A DNA stretch of 35,682 nt from an uncultured Victivallales bacterium. Its GTDB lineage: Bacteria > Verrucomicrobiota > Lentisphaeria > Victivallales > UBA1829. The notes below the pieces were generated by a model that was not told where the DNA came from, ran no database searches, and worked only from the letters and a program-made list of their open reading frames with translations. A program made the position numbers and the translations under genes. Numbering within the stretch: position 1 is the first letter of the stretch; the number at the start of each line of letters is the position of its first letter. Positions 17,357-24,934 of this stretch are shown here, one piece after another. The stretch lies in assembly GCA_944389445.1 (NCBI GenBank), contig CALXMJ010000326.1:1-35682 (forward strand). Reading direction: 5' to 3'.

Positions 17357-18100
17357 TTAAATCACGTGTAAGAATTTCAGAATCCGCCCGATCAAGTAAC
17401 GACAATAAAGGAGAAAATAAACTGGACGTGATATGAGTGCATGTGCAAATTGGACTCGTCTGGCATCCATCAGAGTTTTTCTCCAGTCAGCCGAACTGAT
17501 CCCGTCGCTTTCCATAAAATTGGATACGATGAAATCCATTGGCAGAAATCGGGCGCTCTGCAGATGAAGACGCAGTAGGAAATCATAGTCCGCAGCAATT
17601 TTGAATTGCGGTCGGAACATGCCGTATTTTCGGTAAGCATCCCTGTGAACAAAACAACCGGGATGAGCCATCGGCGTTTCCGGTAGAAAAAGATCGGAAT
17701 GACGGAGAAGTTTTTTTTCCATTCCCCGGCTGTCCAAAAATCGGACGATTCCATAATAGACATCAATATTACAGTGCTTTTCTGCTACAGTTTTTATGTT
17801 TTGCAGGGTTCCCGGTTCATAGAAATCATCGCTGTTGCAGATGCCGATGATTTCTCCTTTTGCCATACGGATTCCTTTGTTCATGGCATCATAAAGTCCA
17901 TTGTCATGTTCTGAAATCCATCGCATCCGTCCTTCGAAGCGCGGTTCATATTCCCGGATGATATCGAGAGTGGAATCGCCGGATGCTCCGTCAATGACAA
18001 GGTATTCATAATCCCGGCATGACTGTGAGAGGATTGATTCGAATGTCCTTCGAATTGTTTTTTCACTGTTTTTGCAGACGGTTATGATGGTGAATTTCAT
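17357..18100 (-). CDS. Glycosyltransferase family 2 (small WcaA-like type, 247 aa)
   Basis: MKFTIITVCKNSEKTIRRTFESILSQSCRDYEYLVIDGASGDST...ICNSDDFY. Trimmed to the ATG at 18100, which overlaps the upstream stop (ATGA at 18097-18100). The 45-aa extension in the track has no family resemblance. Confidence 0.88.
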   Translation of the reverse strand: MKFTIITVCKNSEKTIRRTFESILSQSCRDYEYLVIDGASGDSTLDIIREYEPRFEGRMRWISEHDNGLYDAMNKGIRMAKGEIIGICNSDDFYEPGTLQNIKTVAEKHCNIDVYYGIVRFLDSRGMEKKLLRHSDLFLPETPMAHPGCFVHRDAYRKYGMFRPQFKIAADYDFLLRLHLQSARFLPMDFIVSNFMESDGISSADWRKTLMDARRVQFAHALISRPVYFLLYCRYLIGRILKFLHVI

Positions 18101-19653
18101 TTTTTGTCCTTTTGCATTTGCATGATTTTCCGTTTCTGAACAAGCAGAAGCATTTTCTGTTTTTGCTGTTTGAGCCGAATGTTTTTTTCTGTAAAGAAAG
18201 AATACAGCTGCCGAGGAAAATAGGTAAGAAAGCAACCTAAAGAATAGGAGAAACTGTTAAAATTACTTAAGAAGATATGTCGATCGAAGTTTTGCTTGAA
18301 ACAGGTTGCGTTCCATAAGGAAAACTCCAGAAAGATTCTTCCGATTTTATTAGTTTTCCCGATATCGGGGAAAAACAGTTTCATATGGGAACCAAATGGT
18401 AAGAAGTAATATCCTGAATTCAGAGTGAAATAGACAGCTCCTTCTATTTTGGGAAAATCATTGACGTCCCCTGATGATTTCCAGATGCAGCTCCCTTTTT
18501 CATCATAAATAGCGAGTTCTCTAAATTGATAAATAAAATCCGAACTTTCAAAATCCAGATATAAAGATTCAAGGAAAGAATCGTTCGGAAGCTGGAAATT
18601 TATTTGATAAAAACGATTGTCCATTAAAATTAGACGTTCTAGTTTTTCCCATTTCCCCTCCGATTCAGATTTTTGGTAAAGTAATTTGATATTTCGGACG
18701 GCTGAATATATCACTTTTGAGATGATTTCCTGGTGAGCGGAATCTTTATCCGGTTCTGGGATTTCGACGATATTGGGCAGAAGAACTGTTTCAGGTTTTG
18801 CAAGTTCCCGCTGAACAGCAGCAAGAATTGCTTCAAAAGGAATTGCATCCGAACAGGAAAAATCCTGAGTACAAGCAACAGCATAGCATTCCTCATCGCA
18901 GCATTTTGTACAGGATTTGGAAGAGGTAACCCGTTCGAATTCAGGATAATGAGAATTAATATCTTCCGCAGATGCATGAATAATCACACCGGGACATTTC
19001 ACCGCACGGGCCACATGCATGATTCCTCCAATCGGTCCTATAAATAAACGCGAATGAAATAGTACTGCGGCGGTATCCCGGATCGCCAGCCTTCCGCGCA
19101 GATCCAGAACTCCTTCCAGAAGGGTGTCGTCAGAAGAACCTACTTGGATAATATGATAGTCGGTTTTCAGGAGATTTACTAATTTCTGGATTTGTTCTAT
19201 ATTCAGGCGTTTGTAGAATCCGGATCCCATGGTGATTACGATCTGTTTTTTATAGAAAGAACCAAAAGATTTTTCTTTAGCAGTTAAATAAATTTCCGGT
19301 TCCAATATCATTTTCCCAGTGAGACCTGCTTGAATGCATAATCTCAGGAGAAGATTTTCTCTGGCAAAATAGGAATATGGCTCGCCCTTTATTGTATATT
19401 TGACATGAGCAGAGGAAAGAGAGGTAATCGACAGACCCAGACGTTTTAGAAATATTTGTCTTCTGGGAGAAAAAAAATATGGTGAAATTCCGTTTATAGG
19501 GAAAATATAGGGATTATGTTTTAAGATATCCTGATTCGAATGGATGATAGAACATTTTTTTCCGCTTCGCTGAAAGTAATTCCTGGCAACAACAGTTGCC
19601 ATGACACAATCGCCCAATCCGTCATCCGTAATGAAAATCTGGGAGATTCCCAT
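18097..19653 (-). CDS. Glycosyltransferase family 9 (heptosyltransferase-like) fused to a Cys-rich linker and a C-terminal domain of about 190 aa with unknown function
   Basis: The N-terminus MGISQIFITDDGLGDCVMATVVA resembles the GT9 start (..LGD..). The GT9 C-lobe is LDLRGRLAIRDTAAVLFHSRLFIGPIGGIMHVARAVKCPGVII. A Cys-rich stretch SCTKCCDEECYAVACTQDFSCSD follows, then sequence I cannot assign. Start trimmed to the ATG at 19653. Confidence 0.75.
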   Translation of the reverse strand: MGISQIFITDDGLGDCVMATVVARNYFQRSGKKCSIIHSNQDILKHNPYIFPINGISPYFFSPRRQIFLKRLGLSITSLSSAHVKYTIKGEPYSYFARENLLLRLCIQAGLTGKMILEPEIYLTAKEKSFGSFYKKQIVITMGSGFYKRLNIEQIQKLVNLLKTDYHIIQVGSSDDTLLEGVLDLRGRLAIRDTAAVLFHSRLFIGPIGGIMHVARAVKCPGVIIHASAEDINSHYPEFERVTSSKSCTKCCDEECYAVACTQDFSCSDAIPFEAILAAVQRELAKPETVLLPNIVEIPEPDKDSAHQEIISKVIYSAVRNIKLLYQKSESEGKWEKLERLILMDNRFYQINFQLPNDSFLESLYLDFESSDFIYQFRELAIYDEKGSCIWKSSGDVNDFPKIEGAVYFTLNSGYYFLPFGSHMKLFFPDIGKTNKIGRIFLEFSLWNATCFKQNFDRHIFLSNFNSFSYSLGCFLTYFPRQLYSFFTEKNIRLKQQKQKMLLLVQKRKIMQMQKDKK

Positions 19654-19877
19654 TATTTTCAGATAAAATAGTTTCAGATAAATGAAAATATGCACATTGA
19701 ATTTCCTTCGAGTGAATATGGTTAAAAGGTTTATTCTGCAGTCAGTTGCATATTTTGAATCATCCTGTTTTTCCATTATCTCTCATATGGGGAATCTGCA
19801 GAGTCCTGTTGAAAATGGAAATAGATCAGTTTTGTCCCGGAGGATTTTGCCGGAAAGTTGTAGATACGCGTGCATTG

Positions 19878-20930
19878 TCATTGAAAAGATTTCCTTTTTC
19901 TGCTGGGGAATATATTGTTACAGAGATCGTATAGCTTTCGCAAAGGGTATGTCGCTTTCCAGGGCAGGGATGTCGCAATGAGTTCGTATTTCTCTTCCAG
20001 ATTTGCAATGTAATGCGTTTGTATGGAGATATAATTTTCCTTCCCCCAGTTGTCCATCAGTATTTGATGCCCTTGGAGCAGAAGATCTGGAACAAGCCGT
20101 TTCAACGATTCAAATGTTTCCAACATGTATTCCGTTTTCAGAAAATCCAGACGTTTCCTGTATTGTTCCGGTAAATGAGCCTGCTGGAAAAATGAAGATA
20201 AAATATCAAAAATTTTAATAGCGGAGGCTTTTTGTCGAAATTGAAAGACGGATAGTTGTGGTATTCCGGATGGTCCATTCTCAAAACAGTAATAATATAC
20301 CTTGTCATGAACGTATAAAAGATTTTTTGCATAATACATGATGACAGTCATCCGCAGAAGATCTTCGCAGGAACAATTCGGAGTCTCAATAAAATTGCAT
20401 TGTTTCAGCAGCGAGGTCCGAAATACATTGCCGCAGAGATTCCAGCGTATTTTACCTTCCAGGAAATATGTTTGGAATAAACAGTCCTTATTAAAAACTG
20501 TTTTATGGGGAAATAGACGATGCTCATAATGATTTTTTATCATGGAGGGAATCTTTTTGCCAATAAGAGTTGTGGCAAAATGGACAATATCATATTCCGT
20601 ATCCGAGAGATATTCAGAAGCTTTCCTTAGATAATTTTGATCCAAGTAATCATCAGAATCACAAAAGACGCAGTATTTCCCTGTTGCCAGATCAATTCCC
20701 GTTTTTCTTGCCATAACCATCCCATAATTCTGTGGGTGACAGTAAATACGAATTCGAGAATCCTTGGCAAGATATTCTTCCATGATTTCCTGACTTTTAT
20801 CTGGGGATGCATCATTGACAAGAATGAGTTCAAAGTCTGTAAAGGTTTGATGAATCAGGGAATCCAGACAGCGACGAAGATAACGTTCTACATTATATAC
20901 CGGAACTAAAATAGAAAAAAATGGTTTCAT
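19878..20930 (-). CDS. Glycosyltransferase family 2, paralog B
   Basis: FSILVPVYNVERYLRRCLDSLIHQTFTDFELILVNDASPD...FCDSDDYL. Collinear similarity to 15195-16241. Confidence 0.9.
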   Translation of the reverse strand: MKPFFSILVPVYNVERYLRRCLDSLIHQTFTDFELILVNDASPDKSQEIMEEYLAKDSRIRIYCHPQNYGMVMARKTGIDLATGKYCVFCDSDDYLDQNYLRKASEYLSDTEYDIVHFATTLIGKKIPSMIKNHYEHRLFPHKTVFNKDCLFQTYFLEGKIRWNLCGNVFRTSLLKQCNFIETPNCSCEDLLRMTVIMYYAKNLLYVHDKVYYYCFENGPSGIPQLSVFQFRQKASAIKIFDILSSFFQQAHLPEQYRKRLDFLKTEYMLETFESLKRLVPDLLLQGHQILMDNWGKENYISIQTHYIANLEEKYELIATSLPWKATYPLRKLYDLCNNIFPSRKRKSFQ

Positions 20931-21090
20931 AATAGTCGTTGCAATTTCCAGAAAGTTCTTGTTTTCTTTTTGCTGCCTTTGAGATCAATGTGCATTTCCC
21001 TAATTATCTATTCGTAAAAAAGGGGAAGACAATGCCGTTTTCCTGCATCTGTAATTTATGACTAAAAAAATCAAAGACCCCTTTTATATT

Positions 21091-21119
21091 ATAATAGCAT
21101 AAAAATAAATAGAAAGCAA
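21091..21119 (-). promoter_or_regulatory. Candidate promoter for the minus-strand glycosyltransferase operon (TTGCTT-N17-TATTAT with TGn extension)
   Basis: On the minus strand, TTGCTT is the reverse complement of 21114-21119 and TATTAT is the reverse complement of 21091-21096. It lies in an AT-rich divergent intergenic region. Confidence 0.35.
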
Positions 21120-21171
21120 ATAGTTTATTTTTTGTAATCGGGGATCTTCGAGCCTTTTTTTACTTTTTTTC

Positions 21172-21200
21172 TTGACAGGTACTCTAAATAGAATTATTTT
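21172..21200 (+). promoter_or_regulatory. Candidate promoter for the radical SAM gene (TTGACA-N17-TATTTT)
   Basis: Perfect -35 at 21172-21177 and TATTTT at 21195-21200. The first ATG (21207) is only 6 nt after the -10. Either the mRNA is leaderless or the real start is the ATG at 21222, behind AAGGTGG (21211-21217). Confidence 0.4.
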
Positions 21201-21206
21201 AATTCT

Positions 21207-22223
21207 ATGGAAGGTGGTCGTATGGTTGTAAAAATGTCTTTCGCGTGTTTGCGGGAAATGTTCCGCTCCTTTCTGGATGTTTTCTGGCTTCGTTTTCTGC
21301 AGACATCTTTTCTGCATAAATTCATCGCATATTGTTTCAAGATTCTCTTGGCGCCCTTTATCTTTTTGAGATTTTTTTATTTGAGATTCCTCCTGTTGCG
21401 AATTCCATATTTGCCCCAGCTTTCACTGGATATAACGAGTCATTGCACTTTAAATTGCCGCTATTGTTGTGCGTTGCTTCCCTATGACAAAAATAGAAGG
21501 CATTCTTCCAAGGAAGAAATTCTTGAAGATATTCACTGTTTGCTTCAGGTAGTACAAAAGATCGGAAGTTTGCATATTCTGGGAGGAGAAGCCTTGCTTC
21601 ACCCGGATCTGCCTGAGATTATGGAAAATTTAATCAAGATTGCCCGGATTAATGAAATTCATCTGATCACCAATGGTTCACTGCTGCCTTCTGCAGAGTT
21701 ACTGAATGTCCTTAGAAATCCCAAGGTTTCGGTAGAAATCAGCGATTATATTAATGTCCAGAATCGTTGCAATGAGGTCTTCCAATGTTTTAAAAAGGAG
21801 TCGATTCATGTTTCGTTTCGAATCCTCAGTTGGCAAAATCTGCATTTCTCTCCATCAAAGAAGCGAACCGGGAAACAGTTGAAAGAGATTTTTGACAGAT
21901 GTTGCAGCAAGACATGTCTTAATTTGCGTGACGGGATATTTACCCGCTGTCAAAGCGCCTGCCATCTTATGGAAATTGGAATGGTTCCCTATAAGCCTGG
22001 TGATTTTGTCAATATACGCCATTCAGGTTCTCGAGAAGAAAGAAAAAGAATACTTCGCGAGTTGGAAAACCTCCTTTTTAATAAAAAATTCCTTCAGGCT
22101 TGTGATTATTGTGATGGTTATTATAAAGATGGCGATTTAATTCCTGTTGCGGAGCAGCTCCCTTTCGGAACTTTTCTTTCTTTGCAGGATGAGAATTCAG
22201 AAGGTGTCCGAGATAACGGCTAG
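21207..22223 (+). CDS. Radical SAM enzyme with hydrophobic N-terminal segment and Cys-rich C-terminal region
   Basis: CX3CX2C motif in LDITSHCTLNCRYCC. GGEALL SAM-binding motif. Seven Cys in the last ~110 residues (RCCSKTC...RCQSAC...ACDYCDG). The start is ambiguous between 21207, 21222 and 21234. Confidence 0.85.
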   Translation: MEGGRMVVKMSFACLREMFRSFLDVFWLRFLQTSFLHKFIAYCFKILLAPFIFLRFFYLRFLLLRIPYLPQLSLDITSHCTLNCRYCCALLPYDKNRRHSSKEEILEDIHCLLQVVQKIGSLHILGGEALLHPDLPEIMENLIKIARINEIHLITNGSLLPSAELLNVLRNPKVSVEISDYINVQNRCNEVFQCFKKESIHVSFRILSWQNLHFSPSKKRTGKQLKEIFDRCCSKTCLNLRDGIFTRCQSACHLMEIGMVPYKPGDFVNIRHSGSREERKRILRELENLLFNKKFLQACDYCDGYYKDGDLIPVAEQLPFGTFLSLQDENSEGVRDNG

Positions 22224-22999
22224 TTTTTTTGATAGAGATCCAATACGTCGTTTATTTTTCCAGCGGCCGCCAGTTTTCCTGCTTTTAACAAGATTCCAGT
22301 CTTGCATAAAGATTGTATTGCTGACGTATTATGGCTGATAAACAGGATGGTGCGTCCTTCACTGCGGGAGATGTCGTTCATTTTTGCAATACATTTTTTC
22401 TGGAACTCGGAATCCCCGACCGCGAGGACCTCATCGATCAGAAGAATCTCCGGGTCCAGATGCGCCGCTACCGCGAACGCCAGCCGGACATACATTCCGC
22501 TCGAATAACGTTTGACCGGCGTATCCAGAAATTTTTCCACGCCGGAAAACGCCACAATCTCATCAAATTTCGCTTTGACCTCCGCGCGTTTCATTCCCAG
22601 AATCGCACCGTTCAGATAAATGTTTTCCCGTCCGTTCAGCTCCGGATGAAATCCCGTTCCGACCTCCAGAAGACTTGCCGCACGGCCGCGCATGATGATA
22701 CGTCCCCTGGTCGGTTCCGTGATCCGGCTGAGAAGCTTCAGAAGGGTCGATTTGCCTGCCCCGTTCCGTCCGATGATGCCGACCCTGTCACCCGGTTCGA
22801 TTTCGAAGGAGACATCCTCCAGCGCATGGAACTCCTCAAGATCAACATGGGCCCGGTTCAGGCTGAATGGATGCCGGAACCGTTCAATCAGTCCCTTTCC
22901 GAACATGGTTGCCGATTCGACAAAGGTATCCACACCCCGTTTCTGGTGACTGATTTCGTAATATTTGCTCAGATGTTCTACTGTGATAATCGGCTTCAT
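22220..22999 (-). CDS. wzt: Polysaccharide-export ABC transporter ATP-binding protein (Wzt/TagH/KpsT-like, nucleotide-binding domain only)
   Basis: Walker A GRNGAGKST, signature-like YSSGMYVRLAFA, Walker B LLIDEVLAVGD. At 259 aa there is no C-terminal carbohydrate-binding extension. High GC. Confidence 0.92.
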   Translation of the reverse strand: MKPIITVEHLSKYYEISHQKRGVDTFVESATMFGKGLIERFRHPFSLNRAHVDLEEFHALEDVSFEIEPGDRVGIIGRNGAGKSTLLKLLSRITEPTRGRIIMRGRAASLLEVGTGFHPELNGRENIYLNGAILGMKRAEVKAKFDEIVAFSGVEKFLDTPVKRYSSGMYVRLAFAVAAHLDPEILLIDEVLAVGDSEFQKKCIAKMNDISRSEGRTILFISHNTSAIQSLCKTGILLKAGKLAAAGKINDVLDLYQKN

Positions 23000-23886
23000 T
23001 GCTTTTTCTCCCGCAGAAACGGCAGATAGCCAAGGATAAAAGCCCTGAAATGTTCCGGAATCAGAATATGAATAATCTGACGGAACTTTGTCGATTTGAA
23101 TTCTTTGTATCTGAAATCGAACATGAAATTCACGATCTGCGGCATTTGTGTCCCATAATGCTGTAACAGAAATGGTTTCAGCCGTTGTTTTTGTTTTTCA
23201 TTAGGATAATAACTCCAGTACAAAGTCAGCATCCAGAAAATTCCAAGCAAATCATCATCAGACAAATCCGCAAGATGAACCATTCCAATATTCGGAATGG
23301 TATTCCCGGAGAGTGTCTGAGGAATAAATTTTTCTCCTTTCAAGGCAGAAAAAAGCGTTGCGCATGTGTAGCCGAATTTTAGGGAGAAATTCAGATGATA
23401 GGCAATATCATGCAGCACAACAACAGCATTTTTTTTCAGATACGGATAAATCATCAGAAAATCCAGCAGTTCGCCCGGATTTGTATGAGCTGTATCGAGA
23501 AGACAGAGATCGATATCAGAACCAATGGTATCCATAAAATCCAGTGCGATACTTCCAGTAGAAAGGGTCCATTTGCTCATAAGTTCCGGGAATGACTTTT
23601 TGACAAGAAAGCCGGTTTTTAAAGTAGCATTTTTATAATAGGACTGACTCAAATCAATCGAATAAAGATGGGCACCGGGAATATCCTTGATTGCATTCAG
23701 AATCAGGGCACTGGATGCTCCGGCGGCGACTCCGATCTCTAAAATTTTCCTAGGCCTGTGTTTTCGTATGATCCCGTTTAAAAATGCCGATTCCACTGGC
23801 AGCATTTCTGAATATATTTGAAAATCGGTATGGCGGATCACTTCCAATACGGATGTTTCATAGTTTTCATAGATAAATTTCCTCAT
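22996..23886 (-). CDS. Class I SAM-dependent methyltransferase (Methyltransf_24/O-methyltransferase-like)
   Basis: Motif I ILEIGVAAGASSALIL, an acidic loop YSIDLS, and LLDTAHTNPGELLDF...VVVLHD. Its stop overlaps the wzt start (ATGA at 22996-22999). Low GC, unlike both neighbours. Confidence 0.85.
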   Translation of the reverse strand: MRKFIYENYETSVLEVIRHTDFQIYSEMLPVESAFLNGIIRKHRPRKILEIGVAAGASSALILNAIKDIPGAHLYSIDLSQSYYKNATLKTGFLVKKSFPELMSKWTLSTGSIALDFMDTIGSDIDLCLLDTAHTNPGELLDFLMIYPYLKKNAVVVLHDIAYHLNFSLKFGYTCATLFSALKGEKFIPQTLSGNTIPNIGMVHLADLSDDDLLGIFWMLTLYWSYYPNEKQKQRLKPFLLQHYGTQMPQIVNFMFDFRYKEFKSTKFRQIIHILIPEHFRAFILGYLPFLREKKQ

Positions 23887-23902
23887 AAAAATCCCTTTTG
23901 GC

Positions 23903-24748
23903 TTAGATCACATCCGCGAATTCGCGCTCCATGAAACGAAAGATAAAATATCCACCCAGCAGGAGCAGAAGGGAGATCGCCGCGGACATTACCAGCGATG
24001 GCAGGTAGAGCTGCGTTCCGAACAGTGACCACCGGACTCCGTCAATAATTCCAGCCAGCGGATTCAGACTGAACAGCAGTCGCCAGTTTCCAGGCACAAC
24101 CGAGCTGATGAATCCCACCGGTGAAACATACATCCCCAGCTGAAGTGCAAAAGGAACCGCAAAACGGAAATCCCGGAATTTGACGTTTAACGCTGAAATG
24201 ATGTAAGTGGCTCCGAGGGAAGTAATTGCTGTTAAAAAAATGAAAAAAGGAAGAAATACAATCCGCCAGTTCGGGAAAACTCGATAGTAGAAGAACAGCG
24301 GGATGAATACAATGGCCGAAATCAGAAAATCCGTCAGGCTTACCGTCATACTGGTGGACGGAATGATCAGCCGGGGAAAATAGACCTTTGAAATCAGATT
24401 GGAATTGTTCAGCAGGGATTCGCTCCCGATGGAGACCGTGTTGTTGAAGAACTGCCAGACCAGCATTGCGGCATAGACGGTCAACGGATACGGCACATTG
24501 TCCGACGGCAGATTCGCGATCTTGCTGAAGACAATCGTAAATGCGATCATTCCCAGCAGCGGACGGATGATGCTCCATGTGATTCCGATTACCGTCTGCT
24601 TGTACCGGACAATGATATCCCGCCACGCCAGAATCAGAAACAGCTCCCGGTACAGCCACAGATCATGCAGGTAGCGGGAATGTGTTCGTCCAGCCTCAAT
24701 TATCAGAATATGTTCTTCCGATTCTCCATTCATACCGTTTGTCCGCAC
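23903..24748 (-). CDS. wzm: ABC-2 type polysaccharide-export permease
   Basis: LWLYRELFLILAWRDIIVRYKQTVIGITWSIIRPLL is the typical Wzm/TagG N-terminal motif, followed by about 6 hydrophobic helices. GTG at 24748 has GAGAGGAAG 7 nt upstream. ATG at 24733 is an alternative. Confidence 0.9.
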   Translation of the reverse strand: MRTNGMNGESEEHILIIEAGRTHSRYLHDLWLYRELFLILAWRDIIVRYKQTVIGITWSIIRPLLGMIAFTIVFSKIANLPSDNVPYPLTVYAAMLVWQFFNNTVSIGSESLLNNSNLISKVYFPRLIIPSTSMTVSLTDFLISAIVFIPLFFYYRVFPNWRIVFLPFFIFLTAITSLGATYIISALNVKFRDFRFAVPFALQLGMYVSPVGFISSVVPGNWRLLFSLNPLAGIIDGVRWSLFGTQLYLPSLVMSAAISLLLLLGGYFIFRFMEREFADVI

Positions 24749-24934
24749 CTGTTTTCTTCCTCTCTTGTTCGGAGAAACATAACATCTTTTTCCCTTTTTT
24801 CAATGGGTGGGGACAAATTAAGAAGAAGATTAGCCGTGCCGATTGGCGTTGTTGCCGTGATCGGACAGGAGAATGGATTTCCGGCTTCCCGGTTTTCTGT
24901 GGAGATGCTCTGATTCGGACCGGTGTATTCTCTG

